A stretch of 24,374 nt of DNA from a virus (IMGVR_UViG_3300033512_000651:1-24374), one strand, 5' to 3'. Counted from the stretch's first letter, positions 1 through 8,560 are shown. A program made the numbers and translations. The notes: generated from the sequence alone by a model not told the origin.

Positions 1-2
1 CT

Positions 3-77
3 CAATGCGCAAATTGTATTGTAGCTTGTAGCAAACGCACTAAATTACCGGTAATTAATAAATTATTTTACAACTAA
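3..77 (+). CDS. 3' end of a possible upstream ORF (partial, ...QCANCIVACSKRTKLPVINKLFYN*)
   Basis: Open frame from the window edge to TAA at 75-77, same strand as downstream genes; too short to confirm. Confidence 0.3.
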   Translation, partial: QCANCIVACSKRTKLPVINKLFYN

Positions 78-168
78 ATTTTGTTTATGGGTGCATTGCA
101 GCCTTGCTGGACGGCGGGCTGCTTCACCCAAAACTTAAAAACCATTTTTAAAATTAGAGAAAGCGAAT

Positions 169-960
169 ATGGCACGAATACGCACTATCAAACCTGAATT
201 TTGGGAAGACGAAAAGATTGGCAAACTTTCGAGGGACTGTAGGTTATTGTTTATCGCTCTATGGAACTTTGCTGACGACTTCGGGGTTTTCCGTGCAAAT
301 CCTGCCGTATTAAAATCTAAAATATTTCCATTTGACGACTCTTTGAGAGTTAATGAAGTCAAAAGTTGGTTAGATGCCTTAAGTATAGCCCGTATGATTT
401 TACCTTTTGAATATAAAAAAGAAAGCTATTATGTAATACGCACCTTCAAAAGCCATCAGATTATCGACAAAAGATACCAAAAAAGCTTGCTATCTAAGGA
501 CTTATTAGAAACTCAAAGAATAATAGATAAAATCACTATGTGTTTACATAGTGTACACGATAAAAACACCACGATGGAAGTGGAAGTGGAAGTGGAAATG
601 GAAATAGGAAGTGGAAATGGTATAGAACACAATGAGAAAAATGAAGATTGCTTTTCACAAAAAGAAGAAGAAACACAGAAATTAAATGGTGAATTTGCAA
701 AAACATGGCAGCGATGGTTGGAATACCGTTGCGAAATTAAAAAACCATACAAATCGCAAAAATCAATTGAAAATCAGCTTGCAGATTTAAAAAAATATGA
801 TGAAGATACTGCAATCGCAATGATTGAGCAGAGTATTACATGCGGTTATATTGGGGTATTTCCACTTAAACGCAACAATCATGTTGAAAAGGAACATATT
901 AGAAATGATTTAACAAAACGAATTTATGCAAAATCAAACGAGCAAATTACCGGCAATTAA
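169..960 (+). CDS. Phage replication initiator / replisome organiser
   Basis: N-terminus MARIRTIKPEFWEDEK...RLLFIALWNFADD.G typical of phage replication initiators; low-complexity E/V/G linker; C-terminal W..W..YR...KK...AIAMIEQSI..GY.G.F domain; head of early cluster. Confidence 0.8.
   Translation: MARIRTIKPEFWEDEKIGKLSRDCRLLFIALWNFADDFGVFRANPAVLKSKIFPFDDSLRVNEVKSWLDALSIARMILPFEYKKESYYVIRTFKSHQIIDKRYQKSLLSKDLLETQRIIDKITMCLHSVHDKNTTMEVEVEVEMEIGSGNGIEHNEKNEDCFSQKEEETQKLNGEFAKTWQRWLEYRCEIKKPYKSQKSIENQLADLKKYDEDTAIAMIEQSITCGYIGVFPLKRNNHVEKEHIRNDLTKRIYAKSNEQITGN
575..620 (+). repeat. Tandem TGGAAR hexamer repeat inside the initiator gene
   Basis: tggaag x3, tggaaa x2, then degenerate copies; encodes EVEVEVEMEIGSGNG. 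Confidence 0.85.
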
Positions 961-1531
961 TAAAATTACCGGGTTGGTAAAAATATGCCCAACTATTGGA
1001 GAATTTTGTTTAAAACGAAACCCTATGGAGTGTTTTAAAAAATACAGACACATCAAAACAGCTTTACAAGCCTTTGAAAGTGATGCTTATAAATTATCCG
1101 AAATAAAAAGTGCGTACGACCAAGATAGCGTTGAATTGTATATTGAAATTTGGGTGGAAAATTTAAACAGTGCCTTGAATTTAACACGAAAGTTAAACGC
1201 TGAGCAGCTTAAAGAAATAGCCTGTTTCATCTACGATGAGTTTTGTTTCTTAAACATAGCTGAATTATTGCTTGTTTTCAACAAAATTAAAAAAGGAGAA
1301 TATGGCGATTTTTATGGTGGTATTGATGTTTCTAAAATAATTACTTCATTTAGAACTTATTGTCAACAAAGAAACACTGAAATTCGACAAAAAGAATTTA
1401 ATAAAGGTGGGTATTCAATGGTCGAAAAAGTTAATATGTTGCATAAACTATTGGTTTCAAACTCTGACAAATGCCCAAGCTATATGAAATTAGTTGATAG
1501 CGTGAAAGTAACACCATTGAATAAAAATTAA
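926..1531 (+). CDS. Phage protein, DUF6633-like (possible helicase loader/inhibitor partner of the initiator)
   Basis: Overlaps the initiator stop; motif L..AELLLVF..IKKGEYG.FYG.ID...I...FR.Y typical of Bacteroidota phage proteins at this position. Confidence 0.6.
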   Translation: MQNQTSKLPAINKITGLVKICPTIGEFCLKRNPMECFKKYRHIKTALQAFESDAYKLSEIKSAYDQDSVELYIEIWVENLNSALNLTRKLNAEQLKEIACFIYDEFCFLNIAELLLVFNKIKKGEYGDFYGGIDVSKIITSFRTYCQQRNTEIRQKEFNKGGYSMVEKVNMLHKLLVSNSDKCPSYMKLVDSVKVTPLNKN

Positions 1532-1543
1532 ACATATATTTCG

Positions 1544-1927
1544 ATGAATGAAGAGCTAATACATAAAGATTTTCAAAGGCTAATAACAAAAACGGCATTA
1601 TCGTACGATGAAATAATTTATACAATTGATGGGCTTACAGGCATAAAAACAACTGTTATGAAACAGCATATACGTTGTGCACCTGTGGTACGTAGTCGCG
1701 ATTTATTTTTTTATTGTTCTTTTCAATTTTATCAAAATTTATCGGAAATAGGTAGATTTTTGGGTTTTGACCATGCAACTGTGCTATATTCGGTTAAAAA
1801 GGTAATAAACACGAACGATGGAAAGTATTTCGAAAAAGATATGAAAATGATTATGAATAAATTAATTGACTTAAATAATATTAAATTAAAATTTACACAC
1901 AATGAGAAAAAAAGATTATTTACCTGA
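1544..1927 (+). CDS. Stand-alone DnaA C-terminal-like (domain IV) helix-turn-helix protein
   Basis: R..VVRSR.LF.Y...LSEIGRFLGFDHATVLYSVKKV matches the DnaA signature (IG..FG.RDHTTV). Confidence 0.8.
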   Translation: MNEELIHKDFQRLITKTALSYDEIIYTIDGLTGIKTTVMKQHIRCAPVVRSRDLFFYCSFQFYQNLSEIGRFLGFDHATVLYSVKKVINTNDGKYFEKDMKMIMNKLIDLNNIKLKFTHNEKKRLFT

Positions 1928-2513
1928 AAATGTTGAATTTTTCAGTAAAGAGCATGAATTTGACATGCCAAAAGAATTGTTCGACGATTTAGCAGGCAAT
2001 GAAGATGCTATAAGAAATGCACTAAAAGATAATTTCGATTACGTGCAACTTGAACGAAAATTGCAAATTGAAAGATTAATGGATGATAGTGAACGTGAAG
2101 AACTTCGCAACGATTACAATGCCATTATGGAGAATCAAATTCCGGTGCTCGAAAGCAAACTTGCTGAAGTAACCGAATTGGCAAAGCGCATGGTAGCCGA
2201 TGCAAAAGCTTCGTTGCAAGCCGCCACAACCGAAGTACGCGACATGGTTTATGCCGTTCGCCGAAATCGTAAAGAATTTGTTACCGTTCCGGAAAAAACA
2301 TATCGCATTGCACACGACAAAAAGTATTATTATTACTCGCTTGTAAACAACCGTTGCAAGTTGTTTTATACCGAAGATATTCCTACGATAGAGCAAGGGC
2401 AACTATACGGTATTATAGCCCGAAATGAAGTTAGTAATAATGATTTATCGCGTACCGAAACCATTGACATTGGAACCGCAGTAGCGCCAAACAAATTAAA
2501 GGAAGCAATCTAA
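1902..2513 (+). CDS. Hypothetical phage protein with central coiled coil
   Basis: 203 aa ORF overlapping both neighbours; heptad-rich middle. Confidence 0.7.
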   Translation: MRKKDYLPENVEFFSKEHEFDMPKELFDDLAGNEDAIRNALKDNFDYVQLERKLQIERLMDDSEREELRNDYNAIMENQIPVLESKLAEVTELAKRMVADAKASLQAATTEVRDMVYAVRRNRKEFVTVPEKTYRIAHDKKYYYYSLVNNRCKLFYTEDIPTIEQGQLYGIIARNEVSNNDLSRTETIDIGTAVAPNKLKEAI

Positions 2514-2809
2514 TGAGAATCAAAGGACGTCCATCGGCATACATGAAATCGCTGCAAGAAGATACAAATTGGAATGAAGCCAAAATTCGCACCAGAAACC
2601 GCGATGGTCATAAGTGCGTAATTTGTTCAACGAAAACCAATTTAGATATTCATCACCTAACTTATTATGTGAATGGTATAAATATCCGCGGCAAGGAATT
2701 GAATTACTTGCATTGCCTAATTACTGTTTGCGCTTCGTGCCATACCGATATTCATAATGACGATGGACATCCTTTAAACCCAAAAAACTACATGAAAGTT
2801 AAACGTTAG
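2513..2809 (+). CDS. HNH endonuclease
   Basis: RDGHKCVIC...LDIHH...CLITVCASCHTDIH: CxxC, HH and CxxCH motifs; TAATG coupling to the upstream gene. Confidence 0.88.
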   Translation: MRIKGRPSAYMKSLQEDTNWNEAKIRTRNRDGHKCVICSTKTNLDIHHLTYYVNGINIRGKELNYLHCLITVCASCHTDIHNDDGHPLNPKNYMKVKR

Positions 2810-2840
2810 AAAATTAAAAGAAACCCATAAACAACACAAA

Positions 2841-4001
2841 ATGAAAAGGAATTACACAAATAAGCAATTGCATGAGCTTATTACAAAGCATTATTTAAGA
2901 CATCGCGAACATTTTAGTTGTATTTTAGAACGACAAGAACCAAAATTGACTGAAGACGATATTCTTGAATTAAAAAGAATTCTTAAAATACGAAGCCAAA
3001 GAAATGATTCTTATTTTTTAAATAATCGAAATAAATATTTAGAAAGAGCGCTTTCAAGTAAAATTAGCGCTCGTATTACCGCCGAATATAAAAGTAAATT
3101 TTTAGACAATCGCGATAATTTGTTTGACCGTATAACAAAAGATATTGATAAAAATTTTGATATTCATTATTGCAGATATGTTTCATATAACGATTATAAT
3201 GGATATACTTTATATTTTCCTTTCACACGAAAACTCGAAGTTATAGGTGGTGTATTAACAATTATCGGTAAAAAAATTGGAAATCATTTATACAAGTGCC
3301 ATTATATTGATAATAATCGCCACAAACCAAAAATAATTGAAGGCTACATTTACAGAGGTTATCATTTTGCCGAAACGCAAAAGAAATTAGTTACTTGCGA
3401 ATTTGTCAATCAAATTAAAAAGGAATTTCTTATTAGTGTAAAAGAATTAATAAAAACACTTGATGTAAAATCTAAAAAAGCAATTTTAAAACGATTAAAT
3501 ACAATTTTAGAACGTTTTGAAAAGCTAAAAAGCAAATACAAAACCTTAAACGATTTAAAAAAACAAAATGAAGTTTTTTTTAACGAAGCCAATTTAAATG
3601 TAAGGTCGCATATTTTTAATTTGTGCGATGAAATTTTAACCAACAGTTTCAAAACTCTTCCGATAGCAAGCGATTGGCACATCGCAAATGTTGTTTATTC
3701 GCAAGACAGAAAAAGGAGCGAATTGTGTCTTGATATTTTGAAAAAACGACTACATAAACTTGAAGCAATTAAAAAAGAATGGTTTTGTTTTAATGATTCC
3801 ATAAAAGTTGGTAATTGCTCAGTTGGTTCAACAGCTTTTATCGCCAATGTAATTGTTCCGTATTTCGAAAAAGAAGGTTACGGAAAAGTTGACGTCGAAA
3901 ATATTAAACACAACGTGTATTTTCATAGAACATTAGTTTCGGAATGGGCTAAAACAAACTATGCTTCTTACAATTTGAATAGAATGTTATTTGGTAATTA
4001 A
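2841..4001 (+). CDS. Hypothetical phage protein (basic, 386 aa)
   Basis: Long ORF with A-rich leader; no family recognised with confidence. Confidence 0.7.
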   Translation: MKRNYTNKQLHELITKHYLRHREHFSCILERQEPKLTEDDILELKRILKIRSQRNDSYFLNNRNKYLERALSSKISARITAEYKSKFLDNRDNLFDRITKDIDKNFDIHYCRYVSYNDYNGYTLYFPFTRKLEVIGGVLTIIGKKIGNHLYKCHYIDNNRHKPKIIEGYIYRGYHFAETQKKLVTCEFVNQIKKEFLISVKELIKTLDVKSKKAILKRLNTILERFEKLKSKYKTLNDLKKQNEVFFNEANLNVRSHIFNLCDEILTNSFKTLPIASDWHIANVVYSQDRKRSELCLDILKKRLHKLEAIKKEWFCFNDSIKVGNCSVGSTAFIANVIVPYFEKEGYGKVDVENIKHNVYFHRTLVSEWAKTNYASYNLNRMLFGN

Positions 4002-4013
4002 ATCAAAAAAACA

Positions 4014-4607
4014 ATGGAAAAGCTATTTTTATACGACTTGGAAACTACCGGCGTAAAGTATTGGAAAAACGGCATACATCAAATTGCCGGAATGATAATC
4101 ATTGATAACCAAATAACCGAACGTTTCAATTTTCATGTTTGCCCGAACGAAAGCGCAATAATTCAAGAAGATGCCCTGAAAATTTCAAATGTTACCAAGG
4201 AGCAAGTTTTGGAATACCCTAAAATGAATATTGTATATACGCAACTTATCGAATTGCTATCGAAATATGTAAACAAATTTGATAAAAGAGATAAATTTCA
4301 TTTAGTCGGGTATAATATCAACGCTTTCGATAATGCGTTTTTTCGTGCTTTTTTTGTGCAAAACAACGATAATTATTTTGGTTCATGGTTTTGGGCAGAT
4401 AGTATTGATTGCTATGTTTTAGCAAGCAATAAATTTAAAAATCTACGAGCTTCATTTGAAAACTTTCAACAAAGAACAGTTGCAAAACACGTACCTGATT
4501 TTATTTGTGAAAAAGGGAATAGTGAAATTTTAAATAATTATTGGGATGCTATCAAAGAAAAAAGAGGTTTAACGCCTTATCCTGAAGCTCCTTTCTGTTA
4601 TAAATAG
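4014..4607 (+). CDS. DnaQ-like DEDD 3'-5' exonuclease, C-terminus apparently replaced or truncated
   Basis: ExoI YDLETTG and ExoII VGYNINAFD present; the usual ExoIII H-x4-D motif is not evident after ...RTVAKH. Confidence 0.78.
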   Translation: MEKLFLYDLETTGVKYWKNGIHQIAGMIIIDNQITERFNFHVCPNESAIIQEDALKISNVTKEQVLEYPKMNIVYTQLIELLSKYVNKFDKRDKFHLVGYNINAFDNAFFRAFFVQNNDNYFGSWFWADSIDCYVLASNKFKNLRASFENFQQRTVAKHVPDFICEKGNSEILNNYWDAIKEKRGLTPYPEAPFCYK

Positions 4608-4657
4608 TTGCTAAAAAATACAAATAATAATTTATTAATAATTAAATATTTATAAAA

Positions 4658-5083
4658 ATGACAACAAAAGAATTAGCAAATTTATTAAATGGTCGTGAAT
4701 ACAATGTTGAAATGACCAATGAAGAAGAAAAGGCTGCTAAACAATATGGGTTAGTGGTTGTTTTTGGCGCAAGTGATGATTTAACAGAATTTCGTGGTGC
4801 TATCGATGACGAAAAAGGACATTATGAAGGTGGTAATATATATTTTACCAAAACCGGAAAAATAATAAATGCAGATGACGTTGATAGCGATGACGATAAT
4901 ATTCAAAACAAATGCAAACGATGTAAAAATGTTATTGAAGCGGTTTGGGATAAACAAGCAGAAAATGGTAATAAATATTCATGGCATTTTAAAACAAAAA
5001 TTCAGCATGAAACATTTGATATTATTGAAGATGGTGAATTTTATTGTCAAGGCATAGTCTTTTCGTTATCTGATTTGCAGTAA
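4658..5083 (+). CDS. Conserved hypothetical phage protein
   Basis: 141 aa; GLVVVFGASDDL.EF.GAI.DE and HETFDI.EDGE.YC.GIVF resemble a common phage hypothetical family. Confidence 0.75.
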   Translation: MTTKELANLLNGREYNVEMTNEEEKAAKQYGLVVVFGASDDLTEFRGAIDDEKGHYEGGNIYFTKTGKIINADDVDSDDDNIQNKCKRCKNVIEAVWDKQAENGNKYSWHFKTKIQHETFDIIEDGEFYCQGIVFSLSDLQ

Positions 5084-5153
5084 CCGCTAACGTTCAGGCG
5101 CTTTGCGCACATCGCGTTTTTTGTAACTGAACGCACATCGCTTGTTATAAGTA
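5083..5153 (-). repeat. attC-like site 1 (short, degenerate)
   Basis: accgcTAACg...tGTTAtaagta; internal inverted repeat cgttcag/ctgaacg (5091-5097/5127-5133) and direct repeat cgcacatcgc (5106-5115, 5132-5141). Confidence 0.6.
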
Positions 5154-5182
5154 GTTTTTTATTAATCATTTATTTTTTTATC

Positions 5183-5473
5183 ATGCTTAAAATAAAAATT
5201 GGGTCGGATGTATCAGATGCAATTCAACCTTTTAAAGTAAAATTAAAATCGAAACCAAAATATAAAGGGAAAATACGTGGTAATGGATTTTCTAAGGCAA
5301 AAGATGGAAAATGGGAATATCATAACATTATTGGAACTTGCAATTGGTATGCTGACAAAATAGGTGAAATTGTAGAAGTTTTACCATTTAATGAAAAATT
5401 CTATCGTGTAAATAATCCTTATGGTTGTGGATTCTATTTTATCCATAAAAACGATTGTGAAATTGTTTCATGA
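5183..5473 (+). CDS. Hypothetical protein (cassette 1)
   Basis: 96 aa ORF filling the space between sites 1 and 2; stop lies just before the site 2 core. Confidence 0.65.
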   Translation: MLKIKIGSDVSDAIQPFKVKLKSKPKYKGKIRGNGFSKAKDGKWEYHNIIGTCNWYADKIGEIVEVLPFNEKFYRVNNPYGCGFYFIHKNDCEIVS

Positions 5474-5474
5474 T

Positions 5475-5614
5475 TGCTTATAACGGAAATGTATATGCGT
5501 AGTTGCGGGATTTCAAGGCACTTACGTTTCAATTAAGTAAAATGTAATTTACTTGCACAATGTTTCAAGTTACCACGAATGCCCGCAATTATCGCATATA
5601 CAATGTTATAGCCA
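5475..5614 (-). repeat. attC-like site 2 (140 bp imperfect palindrome)
   Basis: tataac-ggaaa-tgtatatgcg-tagttgcggg ... cccgcaatta-t-cgcatataca-at-gttata: paired arms, asymmetric spacer, one extrahelical base. Confidence 0.85.
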
Positions 5615-5620
5615 TTTTTT

Positions 5621-6853
5621 TTATTTTTTTTGACATATCACAATATATTCCATTAACATAGTATTAACTGTTGCACCTGCTTTATTTGTTGGTGAATTTT
5701 TTGACGGCATTGTTTTATTACTAAGTAATCTTTCATAAGTTGTAATATGTTTAAATCCATTATTTTCAAATTTTTCTGCAATAAATTGGTCGGTTGGTAA
5801 TAATACGTTTTTTACAGTTCGATTACCAACTACGTAAATTGATAAACCTTTCTTTTTTATACTTTTTGATACTTTGTTAATTGAAGCATCCAAATCACGA
5901 TAAAATGCTGATACTTCATAACTTCGTTTTTCGTTATCTTTGTAAATTTCGTTTATATAGTCCGAAATCACACCATCTTTATAAACTTTTTTCTCAACTT
6001 TACCACCCATTAGCAAATTATCAATTTGTCTTGCATTATCAATATCAAGCCACTCGTTTGCAAAATTTGAAAATTGTCCGTAAGCAACTGTTGTTTTGCT
6101 ATCTCCATAAGGCGGACTTGTTAAAACTACATCAAAATATTCTGTTTTGGGTTCAAATTTTTTATATTCTATTGAAATATTTACGTTTTCTTTTAATTTC
6201 GGATAATAAATATATTGGTATGTTTCAATGACTTTTTTAAGTTTTGAAAAATATACGCCAAAAATATCGGGATTGAATTTTAACATTTCTTCCGGTTTCA
6301 TTCGGAAAAGTTTAAATTCACTATTTCGTGTATAAGAACATTCTCTAACTGTTTCGGCAAAAGGAATTAAAAATAAACGTCTTATGTTTTCGTCTTTTAT
6401 TTGATATAAAATATGTTTTAATGCTGTAAGATTTTTTATGATTTCTGTTGAATACCAAAATTCAATATTTTTAATCTTTGGGGGTTTTAGATTATTTAAG
6501 TTATCTTCTATTTTCAAAAACTCGTATAAATTGTTTCTTATGTTTTGATTTTCTTTATTAACCGCTTCCAAATCAATCTTTGTAAATTTTGCCTTTGAAA
6601 TTAGAACAGCAAAAGGGTTGATGTCAAAACCGACCATTTCATTTATGCCAACTTCCAAACCAGATGCAAATGAAGAACCTGAGCCACAATATGGGTCAAG
6701 CATACTTCCACTTTTTATATCAAATTCTTTTAAAATTTCAATACCGATTTGTGGTATCATTGTTGCCGGATACCTATGCAAATTTGGATATTTTGTTGAA
6801 TAGGATTGACCGGTAAAATCATATTTAGTGTTTCTTTCAACTTTGTATATCAT
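5621..6853 (-). CDS. N4-cytosine DNA methyltransferase, M.MvaI-like (alpha motif order), cassette 2
   Basis: HRYPATMIPQI, motif I DPYCGSG before motif IV TSPPY; coupled to the endonuclease gene by a 1-nt overlap. Confidence 0.9.
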   Translation of the reverse strand: MIYKVERNTKYDFTGQSYSTKYPNLHRYPATMIPQIGIEILKEFDIKSGSMLDPYCGSGSSFASGLEVGINEMVGFDINPFAVLISKAKFTKIDLEAVNKENQNIRNNLYEFLKIEDNLNNLKPPKIKNIEFWYSTEIIKNLTALKHILYQIKDENIRRLFLIPFAETVRECSYTRNSEFKLFRMKPEEMLKFNPDIFGVYFSKLKKVIETYQYIYYPKLKENVNISIEYKKFEPKTEYFDVVLTSPPYGDSKTTVAYGQFSNFANEWLDIDNARQIDNLLMGGKVEKKVYKDGVISDYINEIYKDNEKRSYEVSAFYRDLDASINKVSKSIKKKGLSIYVVGNRTVKNVLLPTDQFIAEKFENNGFKHITTYERLLSNKTMPSKNSPTNKAGATVNTMLMEYIVICQKK

Positions 6854-7533
6854 TATATATCAATAATTTCATTAAACAATCTTGGTAGTTTGTTTTCAAA
6901 AGTTCTAAATCCTGTTCCATGATTTCGTGCAGAAGTTCCTTTATCATGTAACCGTAAATCAACTAATATATCGCCTGTTTTAAATAAATCAGAAAGTAAT
7001 TCAGGTGTTGTTCCTTTCATTAATTGCGCTCTATAAAAATGAAAATACTCTTTCCCGTCTCTTTCTTCTGTCAAAGCAGAAACAAAAAGTAATGCAGGAA
7101 TTTTTTGTAAAAATCTTTCTGCAAGATTATCTAATCTCCACGTTGCAATTATTTCTCCGGAAGTATGTTGAACTGTAATTTTTTCTTTATCAACTGTTAA
7201 AAATAAACCTGCACTATTGGGTGTTAATGACATTGTGTAATACATTCCTAATCTGCCATTTTGGTCGTAACTTCCGTATTTTTTTATTGCGTCAAGTGGC
7301 GGCATTATCCATGCTTTATTGTTAAAGGTAAATAATGTAATCATACTATTCACACCGTCTCTATGTGCTTTTATTTCAATATTATCAATATCAGGAAGTG
7401 CAAAATTATTTTCGTCAAGTTCTAATGCTGTTTCAAAAGTATGTCCTATTCCTGTTGGACCTTTCCTTGTAGTCGGAATAAATCCACGTTCTTTCAATGA
7501 TTTGAATTTTGTTTTAAATTCTTCTAATGTCAT
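6853..7533 (-). CDS. MvaI/BcnI-family Type II restriction endonuclease, cassette 2
   Basis: RKGPTGIGHTFE..L...ENN...PD...IEIKA, ITLFT and RNHGTGFR motifs of the MvaI/BcnI family; adjacent MTase. Confidence 0.9.
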   Translation of the reverse strand: MTLEEFKTKFKSLKERGFIPTTRKGPTGIGHTFETALELDENNFALPDIDNIEIKAHRDGVNSMITLFTFNNKAWIMPPLDAIKKYGSYDQNGRLGMYYTMSLTPNSAGLFLTVDKEKITVQHTSGEIIATWRLDNLAERFLQKIPALLFVSALTEERDGKEYFHFYRAQLMKGTTPELLSDLFKTGDILVDLRLHDKGTSARNHGTGFRTFENKLPRLFNEIIDI

Positions 7534-7559
7534 AATCTTGTTAAAAATTTATTTTTCTG

Positions 7560-7588
7560 CAAATATAGTAAATTTATGTTCTATTCAA
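7560..7588 (-). promoter_or_regulatory. Putative Bacteroidota housekeeping promoter for the MvaI-like R-M operon
   Basis: Minus-strand TATATTTG (-7, 7567-7560) with TTG 18 nt upstream; 26 nt before the ATG at 7533. Confidence 0.55.
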
Positions 7589-7604
7589 TTCTGTTTGTTT
7601 TCAT

Positions 7605-7708
7605 TGGCTATAACGAAAAAAAATTGCTGGCGTTGCTTATTTTTAGCGCGTTGGCAATTTTGCGGGTCGGGAAAAATAAGCAATGACCAGCAATTTAATG
7701 TTAGCAAC
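7605..7708 (-). repeat. attC-like site 3 (104 bp imperfect palindrome)
   Basis: taac-gaaaaa-aaattgctgg-cgttgcttattttt ... aaaaataagcaatg-a-ccagcaattt-aat-gtta: same layout as site 2, with an extrahelical base after a 10-bp stem. Confidence 0.85.
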
Positions 7709-7737
7709 ATTTTATTTATCATTTGTTTATAATTTCA

Positions 7738-7815
7738 ATACAAAATTAGTTAATTATTTTTGTATTTTTTGACGAAAACACTTGCAAATACAAAATTAAA
7801 TGTTTATATTTGTAT
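7738..7815 (+). promoter_or_regulatory. Promoter with two operator-like palindromes ATACAAA-N14-TTTGTAT (cassette 3)
   Basis: Palindromes at 7738-7765 and 7788-7815; TTG (7782-7784), 20 nt, TATATTTG (7805-7812) fits the Bacteroidota -33/-7 consensus. Confidence 0.65.
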
Positions 7816-7850
7816 CAAATTAATAAATGTTTAATTTAATACTAAAAAAA

Positions 7851-8078
7851 ATGAATTACTTAGCAATCACAGAACAAGACTTCTTAAATAGATGGTCTTC
7901 ATCAGAACAAAAATTATTTGTATCTGAAATTATTTGGAAATCAGATTTTAATGATTTTCCTAATTTACAAACAAAACTTGAAAATTTATTTTTAGATAAA
8001 TCAATTTTTGTTATATCAAAAATCAATTTTCTTATAGTAATTGGAAGTAAACATATTATTGATTTTTTATACGAATAA
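7851..8078 (+). CDS. Small hypothetical protein (cassette 3; start 7851 preferred over 7827)
   Basis: ATG after an A-run downstream of the promoter; 2 nt gap to the next ORF. Confidence 0.5.
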   Translation: MNYLAITEQDFLNRWSSSEQKLFVSEIIWKSDFNDFPNLQTKLENLFLDKSIFVISKINFLIVIGSKHIIDFLYE

Positions 8079-8080
8079 TT

Positions 8081-8287
8081 ATGTTTACAGTTCAAAAAAT
8101 AGAAGATTGGACAGACTTAAAGAATTTCGGCAGTATTGCCGAAATTCTTAGGCATTATAACAACTTTAATGCTGATACGCTTTATGATTATTTTACACGT
8201 CAAAAATTATCCGAAGTTGAATATAAAGGGTATCGGATTTTAAAACGTGAATTAATCAAATCGAAGCGTTCAAAAAATAGTTGCTAA
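8081..8287 (+). CDS. Small basic protein, possibly DNA-binding (NUMOD1/HTH-like), cassette 3
   Basis: F.SIAE.....TLY..F.R.K....YKGY.I pattern; its TAA stop is the TAA of the site 4 core (gttgcTAAc). Confidence 0.55.
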   Translation: MFTVQKIEDWTDLKNFGSIAEILRHYNNFNADTLYDYFTRQKLSEVEYKGYRILKRELIKSKRSKNSC

Positions 8288-8438
8288 CGAAAAATAACAC
8301 ACGCCGTTGCTTTTTTTGTGGGCGTGTTAGCACAAATGTTTCAATTACTTACAAATGTTTCTTTCTTGCACAAAAGTATCAAATTTGCACTTCTGCCCAC
8401 AAAAAAAGCAATGGTCGTTGTGTTATATGTTATACGCT
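8280..8438 (-). repeat. attC-like site 4 (159 bp imperfect palindrome)
   Basis: taac-gaaaa-ataacacacgccgttgctttttttgtgggc ... gcccacaaaaaaagcaatggtcgttgtgttat-at-gtta with two extrahelical bases; loop shares gtttcaatta and cttgcacaa with site 2. Confidence 0.85.
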
Positions 8439-8537
8439 TTTTTATCATCTGTTTATCAAGTTATTATATCATTAACAAATTAATCATTTATCACATTATT
8501 TTGATTAACTATATTATTATTCAACTAATAAATAATA

Positions 8538-8560
8538 GTGGGTCGGCGAAGCCGACCACA
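8538..8560 (-). terminator. Intrinsic terminator after the Type IIG gene (possibly bidirectional)
   Basis: GC stem ggtcggc-gaa-gccgacc (8541-8557) just past the stop at 8564, with AT-rich tracts on both sides. Confidence 0.65.

Noticed and set aside
575-620. TGGAAR repeats as replication-origin iterons
   Set aside because: They match the low-complexity linker common in this protein family and are shorter than typical iterons; an origin role is not supported, though not excluded.
4596-5091. ORF 4658..5083 as a fifth intact cassette
   Set aside because: Left core gttataaat is not complementary to right core accgctaac beyond GTTA/TAAC and no hairpin precedes it; kept only as a possible remnant.
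7319-7732. ORF 7319..7732 (+)
   Set aside because: Antisense to the restriction endonuclease and crosses site 3; shadow ORF.
5083-8438. Hairpin sites as a CRISPR array, MITEs or simple terminators
   Set aside because: They are not identical repeats with short spacers and no target-site duplications are seen. They are longer than terminators, and the cassette-specific end complementarity is not explained by termination.
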